Source of the DNA: an uncultured Bacilli bacterium | GTDB lineage: Bacteria; Bacillota_I; Bacilli_A; RF39; UBA660 | Direction: 5' to 3' | DNA: 64,000 nt | Assembly: GCA_910583745.1 (NCBI GenBank) | Contig: CAJTZC010000008.1 | Coordinates: forward strand, 5,785 to 69,784 | Part shown: positions 37,365-47,009 of the stretch, in pieces | How the letters are laid out: every line of letters begins with the position of its first letter | How positions within the stretch are numbered: position 1 is the first letter of the stretch | The notes under the pieces: model-generated | Databases searched by the model: none | Told to the model about the DNA's origin: nothing | What the model saw: the letters and a program-made list of their open reading frames with translations, nothing else | Position numbers and translations under genes: made by a program

Positions 37365-40300
37365 TTATGATGACTTGTTTTGAAGATTTTTATAATATTC
37401 GTATCTTTTTATGGCTGCTTTTTTATTTAGAGTCAATAATTCTTCTGCCACTTTCGGGTCTTTGATTTTTAACGAATTGTAGCGCACTTCTCCGTCGAGG
37501 AAGCGTTCATATTTGTCGAAGTCTGGCTCTTTCGAGTCGATTGTCAAGGTCTCCCCGTCGTATCGCATCAAGAGGCAGTATCCGCATTCGACGGCCAGTC
37601 GCTCTTCTTCGATGGAACAGCTCATGCCTTTTTTGATTCCCTGTTCGATGCAAGGCGAATAGGCAATAATTATCGAAGGCCCGTCGTGGCTCTCGGCTTC
37701 TTTGAACGCCTTGATGGTCTGAAACATGTTCGCGCCTAGGGAAATGCTCGCCACATAGACATCGGGGTAACTCATGGCCACTCGGAACAGGTCTTTTTTG
37801 TCGGTCTTTTTCCCATCATCTGTGAACTCTGCGACTTGACCGAAATGACTCGATTTGGAAGCTTGGCCTCCCGTATTCGAATATACTTCTGTGTCGAGGA
37901 CGAGTATGTTGATGTTTTCGTTCGACGATAAGACGTGGTCGATGCCACTGAAGCCTATATCGTAAGCCCAACCGTCTCCTCCTATTGCCCAGACGCTCGG
38001 CACTTCCAAGTAGTCTAACAATTCCTCGATTTCGTTCGGCAAGGTGCATTTTTGGAGCTCATTTTTCACTTTTTTCGTAATTGTGTAGTCGTTTTTATTC
38101 TCTATCCATTCGTCGAATAATTCGCGCGTGATGCCGTCGACACTGTCTTTTGTGAATTCCATCATCTCTTGGATGTTGTTTCGGATGGTCTCATACCCTT
38201 TGAGAATTCCAAAACCGAATTCGGCATTGTCCTCGAAAAGGGAATTAGCCCAAGGAATGCTATATGGTGTCGAAGGAACACTTCCTCCATATATGCTGGA
38301 GCAACCTGTGGCATTGGCGATGATAAGACGATTTTGGAATAGCTGGGTCAACAGTTTGATATAAGGCGTCTCGCCACACCCTGCACAGGCACCACTGAAC
38401 TCGAATTTCGGCTTGCGCAGTTGTGAACCTTTTATCGTGAATGCATCGAGCATTTCTGGGTTGTTGTGGAAGTTGAACAGCGTATTGGCGAGAATCTGCC
38501 TCTTGAGATTGGTCGGTCCAAATTCTAAGGCCTTTTCTCCTCGTTTTCCAGGACAGACGTTTAGGCATAGACCACATCCCGTGCAATCGGCTTCGCTTAC
38601 ACTTATGATGTATCTGTATTTGCCGTCGTCGTCTCCGATGAGTTCGATTCCGTCTTTCGCATAAGGGCTGTCCTTCTCGACGACGAATGGTCTTATGACG
38701 GCGTGTGGACAGACGAGAGAACACATGCCACATTGGATACAATTCTCGTTTTTCCAAACCGGCACGATGTCGGTCGAAGCTCTTTTTTCCAGTTTGCTCA
38801 ATCCCTCTGGAAATTCACCTGTTCTGTAGTCTAAGAGGTCCCCCACTTTCAATTCGTTGCCTCGTCTCGAATTTATCTTGTCTATTACGTCTGTGGAATC
38901 CAAAGTCAGTCCATCTAGACCGAGTTTACCTTTAAATGGCACCAATCCCGCGATGGCTTCTTTCACACATTGTATATTGGCATTTACTATCGATTCCCCC
39001 TTGGTGGCAAAACGCTCTTTTATACTTTTACTCAGCACCTCTTTGTAATCGTCAAAACCTAAAAGTTTTAGAAGTATCGTCTCGAATATGAGACTGATTT
39101 TTCCTTTGAGACCGTTTCTTTCTGCGATTTCTCCAGCGTCTATCGTAAAAATCGTTATATTTTTGGATAACAAATCTTTTTTACTGCTCGCAAGGGCAGG
39201 TATCTCTTCAAATCTCTTCTTCGAATTGACGATGAGCACTCCATTCTCGGCTAAGTTTTTTGTGAGTTCGAATTTGTTTAAATATCCTTCTTTGGTCACG
39301 ACGAGAATATTCGGGTGTTCTGGATAGTACGGCGCCTCGATAGGCTTCTTGTCGAACCGCAGATGGGATATGGTAACTCCTCCACTCTTCTTCGAGTCGT
39401 ATTCGAAGTACCCTTGAACGTATTCTTCTGTATGGTTTCCTATAATCTTCAAGATGTCCTTGCTCGCACTGACCATGCCGTCCGAACCATAGCCGAAGAC
39501 TACGAGTTCTTTCATTCGCTCTTTTAGGCAGTATTCGCTTTTAGGAAGGCTCAAATCGGTGATGTCGTCTACAATGCCCACCGTAAAGTTGTCTTTCGGT
39601 TTGTTTTCGAGCATGTCGTAAACCGAAGCGATGTCGGCAGGAGTCGTATTTTTAGAAGACAGGCCATACCTTCCTCCAAAGATTTCGATGTTTGCATCTT
39701 TTAGCGCTGCGACGACATCTAGGTAAAGTGGTTCTCCTATGCTTCCGTGCTCTCTCGTGCGGTCCAAGACAGCGATGCGCTTGGTCGATTTTGGCAAGAC
39801 GGAGAGGAGATATTCGCGGCTGAAAGGTCTATACAAGTGGACTGCGATTAAGCCTACGCTCATTCCAGAGTTCGCCAAATCGGCGACGACTTTCTTGCTG
39901 GTCTCTGTGACACTTCCCATCGCGACGATGACATATCGGGCATTCTCGCTTCCATAGTAGTTGAAAGGCTTGTAGTCCGTATTGTGCAGTTCATTTATCT
40001 TTTTCATGTAAGCTTCGACCGTGGCTGGGACGATGTCGTAGTCTCTATTGCGAGCTTCGACACTTTGGAAGTAGATGTCTTCGTTCTCGGCCATGCCTCT
40101 CGAATGGGGTCTGTTGATATTTAACGTTTTTCCTCTGAAGGTCTTGATGGCTTCTCTATCTAGGAGTTTTGCTAAGTCGACATCGTCTAACAGTTCAATT
40201 TTGTTTATTTCGTGACTCGTTCTAAAACCGTCCATGAAGTGGACAAAGGGAATCGACGTTTTGATGGCTGTCAGATGGGCGACCGCGGCTAAGTCGTGCG

Positions 40301-40736
40301 CCTCTTGTACACTCGAAGAAGCCAACATGCAAAAACCGGTCTGTCTGACCGCGTAGATGTCACTGTGGTCTCCAAAGATGGAAAGGGCATGTGTTGCCAC
40401 AGTTCTACTCGCGACGTGAATGACGGCAGGCAATTCTTCGCCCGCGATTTTGTACATGTTCGGTATCATCAAAAGAAGGCCTTGGCTCGCAGTGAAAGTA
40501 CTCGCGAGAGCTCCCGATAAGAGCGCTCCGTGGAGAGTACCCGCTGCGCCTGCTTCCGATTGCATCTCTACGACATTGACCCGCCCTCCTAAGAGGTTTT
40601 TCTCTCCTATAGAACGCATTCTATCGATGTTCGATGCCATCGGGCTCGAAGGCGTTATCGGATAAATGCTGGCTATTTCGCTAAATTTATATGCTATTGC
40701 CGATGCTGCCGTGCAGCCGTCCATCACTTTCTTCAT
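37365..40736 (-). CDS. nifJ: Pyruvate:ferredoxin (flavodoxin) oxidoreductase
   Basis: 1123 aa. Two 4Fe-4S motifs (CIQCGMCSLVCP and CTGCGLCLNVCP) and the TPP motif GGDGWAYDIG. Confidence 0.93.
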   Translation of the reverse strand: MKKVMDGCTAASAIAYKFSEIASIYPITPSSPMASNIDRMRSIGEKNLLGGRVNVVEMQSEAGAAGTLHGALLSGALASTFTASQGLLLMIPNMYKIAGEELPAVIHVASRTVATHALSIFGDHSDIYAVRQTGFCMLASSSVQEAHDLAAVAHLTAIKTSIPFVHFMDGFRTSHEINKIELLDDVDLAKLLDREAIKTFRGKTLNINRPHSRGMAENEDIYFQSVEARNRDYDIVPATVEAYMKKINELHNTDYKPFNYYGSENARYVIVAMGSVTETSKKVVADLANSGMSVGLIAVHLYRPFSREYLLSVLPKSTKRIAVLDRTREHGSIGEPLYLDVVAALKDANIEIFGGRYGLSSKNTTPADIASVYDMLENKPKDNFTVGIVDDITDLSLPKSEYCLKERMKELVVFGYGSDGMVSASKDILKIIGNHTEEYVQGYFEYDSKKSGGVTISHLRFDKKPIEAPYYPEHPNILVVTKEGYLNKFELTKNLAENGVLIVNSKKRFEEIPALASSKKDLLSKNITIFTIDAGEIAERNGLKGKISLIFETILLKLLGFDDYKEVLSKSIKERFATKGESIVNANIQCVKEAIAGLVPFKGKLGLDGLTLDSTDVIDKINSRRGNELKVGDLLDYRTGEFPEGLSKLEKRASTDIVPVWKNENCIQCGMCSLVCPHAVIRPFVVEKDSPYAKDGIELIGDDDGKYRYIISVSEADCTGCGLCLNVCPGKRGEKALEFGPTNLKRQILANTLFNFHNNPEMLDAFTIKGSQLRKPKFEFSGACAGCGETPYIKLLTQLFQNRLIIANATGCSSIYGGSVPSTPYSIPWANSLFEDNAEFGFGILKGYETIRNNIQEMMEFTKDSVDGITRELFDEWIENKNDYTITKKVKNELQKCTLPNEIEELLDYLEVPSVWAIGGDGWAYDIGFSGIDHVLSSNENINILVLDTEVYSNTGGQASKSSHFGQVAEFTDDGKKTDKKDLFRVAMSYPDVYVASISLGANMFQTIKAFKEAESHDGPSIIIAYSPCIEQGIKKGMSCSIEEERLAVECGYCLLMRYDGETLTIDSKEPDFDKYERFLDGEVRYNSLKIKDPKVAEELLTLNKKAAIKRYEYYKNLQNKSS

Positions 40737-40850
40737 ATGTTACTCACCTTTCTATGTTAATTAAATTATAAACGGTTGAAACTTTAATTGCAAGATAAAA
40801 TCGAGGCGCTTTTTAGACATTTTCTTTCCTTTTCTTCATACAATTTTAGT

Positions 40851-41201
40851 ATGACAGGTCCTTTGAGCGAACAACTTAGCGAAATCGGTCGCGAGGATAT
40901 CATTTGGGGCGTCTATATTTTTGTCGCCGTTTTTGCTATCCTATCGAATCAAATAGAGAAAGACTATCTCTTTTCTCATGATGTAAAAAAGTATAGAGAC
41001 TTTCACAACATCAACACCGTCTTGCTGACGATTGGTCTTCTCGTCTATATCTATTTTTTTATCAATGCATCGAATAAATTTGCCAAAGAAAAAGATAAAA
41101 GCAACTACTTGACTGTAGTTGCTACGACTCTCTTCTTAATCGGTGGAGCTATTTTACTCTATCTAGAATGGGAAGGCTTCGACGAGCCAGATATCTTATA
41201 A
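40851..41201 (+). CDS. Hypothetical membrane protein
   Basis: Three predicted TM helices. ATG 40851 chosen (the track begins at TTG 40788). No clear RBS, so the start is uncertain. Confidence 0.5.
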   Translation: MTGPLSEQLSEIGREDIIWGVYIFVAVFAILSNQIEKDYLFSHDVKKYRDFHNINTVLLTIGLLVYIYFFINASNKFAKEKDKSNYLTVVATTLFLIGGAILLYLEWEGFDEPDIL

Positions 41202-42077
41202 TCAGTTCGTCTCGTACACTTCTCTTTTGATTTCTTCGATGTTGTCTCGCATCATCGTCTTGTAGTTGGCACTGTTTTTTATGTCGTCTTCTGTGAGAAC
41301 GGTCATGCTCTTTAAACGCGTAATTTTCACGCCCTCTTGGACTAAAGACTTGATGAGTTCTGTCTCTTCTTGGTTGTCCAACATATATATGTATTTGATG
41401 TACCCATCTTTGATGGCTTTTTTTGCTTTATTTTTGGTCGTGCTCGTCACTTCGCCGAGAGATTCATCGACATTGATGACATCGAAACCGTATTTCGACA
41501 GGAAACTCAAGGCATCACTGGCGATGAGGATGTTCGTGTCTTTGGCGTTCTCTGGAACCATCTGCAGTTCGGCATCGTAAGAGCTGATGAGCACTTTTAG
41601 ATTTTCGTAGTTTTTGTTTATCTCTTCGATGATGTATTTGTTGTTGATGTATTCTTCGAAGCCGTTTTTGACATTGTGGGCTAGCATTAGAAAATCACTC
41701 GGATTGAGCCAAAGCTCTTCGACGGTGCTGTTGTAGTCTAATCCTTGGCTGACATCGATAATTTTCATGTTCTTGTTGGCATTGAGTAAATCGCGTGCGA
41801 TGCTTTTCTCGTCCGTCAGCCCGTTATAGACGAAGATGGCACCCTTCGAATATTCTTCTAGTTGCTTGCTCGTCAGTTTGTAGGAAGCGATGTCTGTCTC
41901 TGCAGGATAGATGGACTTTACATTGGAATTGTATCCGTATAGATAGTCTGTCACATATTGGACTGGGTAGACTGTCGTGTAGATATCGACTCCTTCTAAA
42001 TCGTCTCTCTTAAAGCAACTCGTCGTCATGAGAATCGCTAAACCTAAACAAAATAATCTCTTTATCGTCTTTTTCAA
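41202..42077 (-). CDS. ZnuA/TroA-type metal ABC transporter substrate-binding lipoprotein (orphan; no cognate permease or ATPase nearby)
   Basis: Lipobox LMTTSC. YTTVYPVQYVTDYL...IFVYNGL...IIDVS...LNPSDFL follows the cluster-9 SBP pattern. Confidence 0.7.
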   Translation of the reverse strand: MKKTIKRLFCLGLAILMTTSCFKRDDLEGVDIYTTVYPVQYVTDYLYGYNSNVKSIYPAETDIASYKLTSKQLEEYSKGAIFVYNGLTDEKSIARDLLNANKNMKIIDVSQGLDYNSTVEELWLNPSDFLMLAHNVKNGFEEYINNKYIIEEINKNYENLKVLISSYDAELQMVPENAKDTNILIASDALSFLSKYGFDVINVDESLGEVTSTTKNKAKKAIKDGYIKYIYMLDNQEETELIKSLVQEGVKITRLKSMTVLTEDDIKNSANYKTMMRDNIEEIKREVYETN

Positions 42078-42210
42078 TTTAAATCATCCTATCTTTTTTA
42101 CTGGTTTCATTTTACTATAAAACCGCAATTTTGTAAAATAAAACTAGTAAAAGGACGCGTGTTTGTTGTATAATGGTTGAGTAATATTTAGAAAATATAA
42201 GGAGGTAAGT

Positions 42211-42861
42211 ATGAAATTTTTAGAGAAGTATGGTATCAAGATTAAAGACGAGAAAATGCTCATCACAGCTCTCACGCATACGTCTTATTCGAACGAACAC
42301 AATTGTGAGTCTTACGAAAGGCTCGAGTATTTGGGGGACGCCGTCTTGGAGCTGATTACGAGTGAGTATTTCTATTTAAATACTGATTCGAAAGAAGGAG
42401 CGATGACAAAGTTGCGTGCCCGTTATGTATGTGAACGAGCCAACTACGAATATGCGAAGGTGGTCGGCTTTATTCCTTATATCCGATTGGGAAACGGTCA
42501 GATACATAATTTGAACGAAACCATCGTCGCGGATGTCTTCGAAGCGATTCTGGGTGTCATCTTTTTGGAGTGCGGTTATGAGGTATCAAAGAAATACGTC
42601 TTAGAAGTCATCACTCCGTTTATCGAGGAAGACCGCGTCTTCTATTCGGACTATAAGTCTCTCTTGCAAGAGATGATGCAGATGTCGAAGAAGACTTTGG
42701 AGTATCGACTCGTGAGAGAAGACGGTCCTGCGCACGACAGGTCTTATATCTTTGAGGTCGTCGTTGACGACATCGTCTATGGTCGCGGTTCTGGAAAGAG
42801 CAAGAAGGAAGCAGAGCAAAACGCTGCAAAAGATGCTTATACAAAAGCGGCTAAGAAGTAA
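42211..42861 (+). CDS. rnc: Ribonuclease III
   Basis: Signature ERLEYLGDAVLEL and a C-terminal dsRBD (GSGKSKKEAEQNAAKDAY). Confidence 0.95.
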   Translation: MKFLEKYGIKIKDEKMLITALTHTSYSNEHNCESYERLEYLGDAVLELITSEYFYLNTDSKEGAMTKLRARYVCERANYEYAKVVGFIPYIRLGNGQIHNLNETIVADVFEAILGVIFLECGYEVSKKYVLEVITPFIEEDRVFYSDYKSLLQEMMQMSKKTLEYRLVREDGPAHDRSYIFEVVVDDIVYGRGSGKSKKEAEQNAAKDAYTKAAKK

Positions 42862-42881
42862 CATAAGATGGAGGGATTTTC

Positions 42882-45830
42882 ATGCAACTTAAAAGTATCA
42901 AAGCGAGCGGTTTTAAATCGTTCGCGGATAAAATAGAAATCGACATCAAGGACGGCATCACTGGGATTGTAGGCCCCAATGGAAGTGGAAAATCGAATAT
43001 CGTCGATGCGGTCAAGTGGGTACTCGGAGAGCAGTCTGTCAAGGCTCTTCGCGGTTCTAAGGAGATGACCGACGTCATTTTTCAGGGAAGTATTTCGAGA
43101 AAGCCTCTCACTCGCGCGAGTGTCACGTTGACTTTCGATAATTCTGACCACTACTTGAACAGCGATTTTAAAGAAATCGAAATCAAGAGAATCGTCTACA
43201 ATTCCGGCGAGAACGAATATCTTTTGAACAATTCGAAGGTGCGTCTCAAAGACATCACCGATTTATTTCTGGATTCGGGTGCCGGCAAGGAAGCGTTCAG
43301 CATCATCTCTCAGGGACGCATCGGTGAGATTTTGAACAGCAAACCGGAAGAGAGACGGGTCATCATCGAAGAGGCCGCGGGCGTACTCAAATATAAGAAA
43401 CGCAAGATTGAGAGTCTTCGAAGATTGGATAAGACAAACGACAATCTCTCGAAAGTCGATTTAATTATCGGAGAACTGGCCGTCAATTTGGACCCGTTGA
43501 GGGAGCAAAGCGAGAAAGCAAAAAAATATGAATCTTTTAAGGGTGAACTCGAGAGCATCGAGATTGCTCTATTGATAAACGACATTACGAATATCAATGC
43601 CGAATATGAAGGGTTGAAGACGGGCGCAGAGACGCTTAGAAACGAAATATCTTCTATCGAGTCTTCCAATTCGAAGGACGATGCGAGCCAAGAGAGATTG
43701 AAGTTGGAACTCTTAAAGTTGGAAGCAGATATCAGCAGGGAAAGTCAAAGTCTTCTCAAACTGACCGAGGAACTCTCTTTATTGGAAGCCAACAAGCAGC
43801 TCGTCATCGAAAGAAAGAAATACGAGGTCGACGACGTCAAGTTGGAGAGCAATATTTTGAACTTGAAAGAGGAAATTAAGTCTTTGGAGTCCAATTTGGC
43901 TTCTTTGGAAACCGATATCAAAGACCTCGACGAGAAAGTACAAAGTGTTCGCGCCAAGAGAGATTCTTTAGAAGTCGATTTGAAAAAGACGAATGCGACA
44001 AAGGGAAGTCTCATGAGCGAGATTGCCCTCAAGACAAAGATTTTAGGAGAGACGAAGAACAAGATAGACATCTTAAATGCCAATTTGGAGAATGACACTC
44101 TACTCCCCTATTCTGTCAAAGCGGTTCTCACGAATCCACGTCTCACAGGACTACACGGTACTTTGGGTAGCCTTTTGGAAATCGATGAACGCTATCTTAC
44201 AGCGATAGATACCGTCTTAGGAACGATGCAGAATGTCGTCGTCTGTGAGGATGAACAGGCAGCCAAGATAGCTATCCAATACCTTAAAGAAAATAAACAA
44301 GGCCGCGCGACTTTCTTCCCATTGCCTGTCATCAAAGCGAGATATTTGGACGAGAATACTTTGAGCAGAGTGCAAAGCGACGCTGGATTCGTCGGTATAG
44401 CTGGAAATCTCGTGTCTTACGATACGAAGTACAAATCGGTCGTCTTAAACCAATTGGGAAATGTCATCGTCGCAGAGAATATCGATTCGTTGAATCGCAT
44501 CGGAAAGATGATCAATTATTCTTATCGTGTCGTCTCTTTGGACGGTGAGATATTGCATACGGGCGGTTCTTTAACGGGTGGTTCTATCAAGTCGAATAAG
44601 AACCCTTTGGTCGAGAAAAATGCCATCAAGGGATTATCTGCCGACGTAGAAAGAATATCTGGCGATTTGGAGAATGCGAACCATCGCTTGGACGAAAATT
44701 TAAAGGAAGAACAGTTCATTCTCTCTAGGATAAACGAAGTCGAGAAAGAGATTATCTCCTTAGAGGAGTCTAGAAGAAATAAATCTACCTATAGAGATTC
44801 TATTCACGCGAGCATGTCCAACAAAATGAGCGAGTTAAAAGGAACAGAGGGCATCAAGTCGAGTTCTCTCGATAAAGAGTTGGATGAGACGATTGAACAA
44901 TATTATGAAAAGGAAAAAATCAAAAATCAGGTCGTCTCGACTTTGGACAAACTTAAGAGCCGCAAGTCGGACTTGGGTACGGAGTTATCGGAGATAGAAC
45001 TCGCGAATAAGAAGCAGAACTCTGAGTACAACAAAAAAGTCAACGAATTAAAAGATATCGAAGTAAAACTTGGTAAACTCGATATCAAGCTCGACAACTT
45101 GTTGCTCCGCTTGACCGAAGAATACAATGTCACGTATGAACGTGCGAAGGCCACGGTCGAAATACCGGAGGATATCGAAGTAACGAGAAGCAGAGTTCAG
45201 GTTCTACGCAAGAGCATAAAGGACTTGGGAGAAGTCAATCTGGGTGCGATAAGCGAGTTCGAAAGAATCAATACGAGATATGAATTCTTAGACAACCAGA
45301 GAAAGGATTTGAAGGACTCTATCGACAACATTTTGGGCGTCATTAGTGAGATGGACGCGACGATGGAACAGGAATTTAAGGATACGTTCGACAAGGTCAA
45401 CACGGAATTCCAAGTCGTATACAGTCGTCTGTTCAAAGGCGGACACGGAGAATTGGTACTCACTGACCCTCTCAATCTGTTAGAAACGGGTGTCGACATC
45501 ATCGCCGAACCGCCTGGAAAGAAGCTTAAAAACATCACTTTGTTGAGTGGTGGAGAGAAAACTTTGACGGCCATTGCCCTACTCTTTGCGATTTTGAATG
45601 TAAAGGTCGTACCGTTCTGTATCTTAGATGAGGTCGAGGCTGCTTTGGACGAAGCAAACGTCGACACATTCGGCACTTATTTGAAGGAATATGAGCACAA
45701 GACTCAGTTTATCGTCATCACTCACAAGAAAAAAACGATGGAATACGCGAATACTTTATACGGTATTACGATGCAGGAGTCCGGTGTCTCTAAGTTGGTA
45801 AGTGTCAAGTTAGAAGGAATCGAAAAGTGA
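42882..45830 (+). CDS. smc: Chromosome segregation protein SMC (short 982-aa form)
   Basis: Walker A GPNGSGKSN, long coiled coils, a hinge, signature LSGGEKTLTAIALLFA and Walker B FCILDEVEAALD. The rnc-smc order is conserved in Firmicutes. Confidence 0.93.
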   Translation: MQLKSIKASGFKSFADKIEIDIKDGITGIVGPNGSGKSNIVDAVKWVLGEQSVKALRGSKEMTDVIFQGSISRKPLTRASVTLTFDNSDHYLNSDFKEIEIKRIVYNSGENEYLLNNSKVRLKDITDLFLDSGAGKEAFSIISQGRIGEILNSKPEERRVIIEEAAGVLKYKKRKIESLRRLDKTNDNLSKVDLIIGELAVNLDPLREQSEKAKKYESFKGELESIEIALLINDITNINAEYEGLKTGAETLRNEISSIESSNSKDDASQERLKLELLKLEADISRESQSLLKLTEELSLLEANKQLVIERKKYEVDDVKLESNILNLKEEIKSLESNLASLETDIKDLDEKVQSVRAKRDSLEVDLKKTNATKGSLMSEIALKTKILGETKNKIDILNANLENDTLLPYSVKAVLTNPRLTGLHGTLGSLLEIDERYLTAIDTVLGTMQNVVVCEDEQAAKIAIQYLKENKQGRATFFPLPVIKARYLDENTLSRVQSDAGFVGIAGNLVSYDTKYKSVVLNQLGNVIVAENIDSLNRIGKMINYSYRVVSLDGEILHTGGSLTGGSIKSNKNPLVEKNAIKGLSADVERISGDLENANHRLDENLKEEQFILSRINEVEKEIISLEESRRNKSTYRDSIHASMSNKMSELKGTEGIKSSSLDKELDETIEQYYEKEKIKNQVVSTLDKLKSRKSDLGTELSEIELANKKQNSEYNKKVNELKDIEVKLGKLDIKLDNLLLRLTEEYNVTYERAKATVEIPEDIEVTRSRVQVLRKSIKDLGEVNLGAISEFERINTRYEFLDNQRKDLKDSIDNILGVISEMDATMEQEFKDTFDKVNTEFQVVYSRLFKGGHGELVLTDPLNLLETGVDIIAEPPGKKLKNITLLSGGEKTLTAIALLFAILNVKVVPFCILDEVEAALDEANVDTFGTYLKEYEHKTQFIVITHKKKTMEYANTLYGITMQESGVSKLVSVKLEGIEK

Positions 45831-45939
45831 GAGAAATCTCGCTTTTTTTGTACTTGTTATTGGGAGAGAGCTTAGAAACAAACTAAAAATAGGCTCTGAA
45901 TCCTGTTCTTCTTTTATGATTGAACTGTTTTAAGAAAAT

Positions 45940-46903
45940 CTAGTTTAGATGAAATGGATTACTGATAGTACCGTTACCTCTCAATTGATTTAAATATTCA
46001 GCTTTCAAGTTAATGGTCGGTGCCACATTGTCAGCACTATTGACAGAATCGTGGTTAAAACCATTCATTATTGTAAAATTATATTTTTTTAGCTAAATAG
46101 TAAGAATTATTAGAAGAATCGTAGGTCCCGCTTCCTGCCGCGAGAATTTCGTCTGCGGTGATTAAACCTACTGGATAGGTCAAGGCGCCATTCCCTCCAC
46201 TCATCTCTTCGACTGTAAATTTGTCGTTCTCCAGTGGACATGTAAATTGTGGTAAGACATTTTCTAAATCATTTTTCCAAGCTTTTATTCTTGCCGAAGC
46301 CCCAAATGCAGTTGCCTTTTTTCCATAGCCTAGACCTGTATCACTGCTATATCCTGTAACACTTTTATCAGGTGTGCTTCTATCGTTACAGAAAATCACA
46401 TCGGCCACGAAGTCTCCATATCCTGTATCGACGATGTTCTTTTTGTACCATTCTTCTACTTTGGTCTTTATTTCGGAATCTGTCTCATTTCTCTGCGCTT
46501 GTTCTGGTTGTGGCTGGTCTTTCAAAATCTGGTAACCCATCTTGAATAGCGAGCGTTATATCTCCTAATTCGATTTTCGGTATTTCTTTATCGAAATATA
46601 GTGTACATTGGTCTGTATGGTTTACTTTTACATTTATTTTCTCGTTATGGTATCCTGTGAAAGAGTTCCTCCATTTTTACGCGTACTCTTTTCTAGGTTT
46701 AATAATTACCCTTCTTTGGGAAACTCTTTAGAAGTGTTAGGGCTATATTCTCCATTTTCATCTTGAACGAACATCGCGAGGAGTTCGCGAGTGTTTTCTT
46801 GAAGGCTCTCTTCTTTTATCTTTAGGTTAAAACTGGCGATGCTTACTAAGACTAAGGATATACCACTTAATATCGACAGTCTTTTCTTCTTAAATTTTTC
46901 CAT
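45940..46903 (-). pseudogene. Decayed paralog of the SipW/TasA-like secreted protein family (signal-peptide fragment, frameshifted middle, deleted C-terminal region)
   Basis: Fragments: 46706..46903 MEKFKKKRLSILSGISLVLVSIA (signal). 46079..46540 EQAQRNETDSEIKTKVEEWYKKNIVDTGYG...PVGLITADEILAAGSG aligns with 27165..28748. 45940..46068 NVAPTINLKAEYLNQLRGNGTISNPFHLN aligns with the family C-terminus. The fragments are in different frames and separated by stops. Confidence 0.75.
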
Positions 46904-47009
46904 GCAAAAAGGTCCCTCTTTCTATATATCCGGACCTCTTTTACTCTTAAATTTTATACCATTGGGCTTTCTTTAGTCAAGTGATTTCTATTCGATTTAC
47001 GCATTTTAT

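Noticed and set aside
38260-38757. A 165-aa Arg-rich ORF on the minus strand, in an alternative frame inside the PFOR gene.
   Set aside because: It overlaps the ferredoxin-domain region of PFOR in another frame. Its composition (RRRRQ runs) is characteristic of off-frame translation, and there is no independent start signal.
42882-45830. SMC of only 982 aa as a truncated or aberrant gene.
   Set aside because: Walker A, the hinge region, the signature motif and Walker B are all present and in order. Short ~980-aa SMCs occur in small low-GC Firmicutes and Mollicutes genomes.
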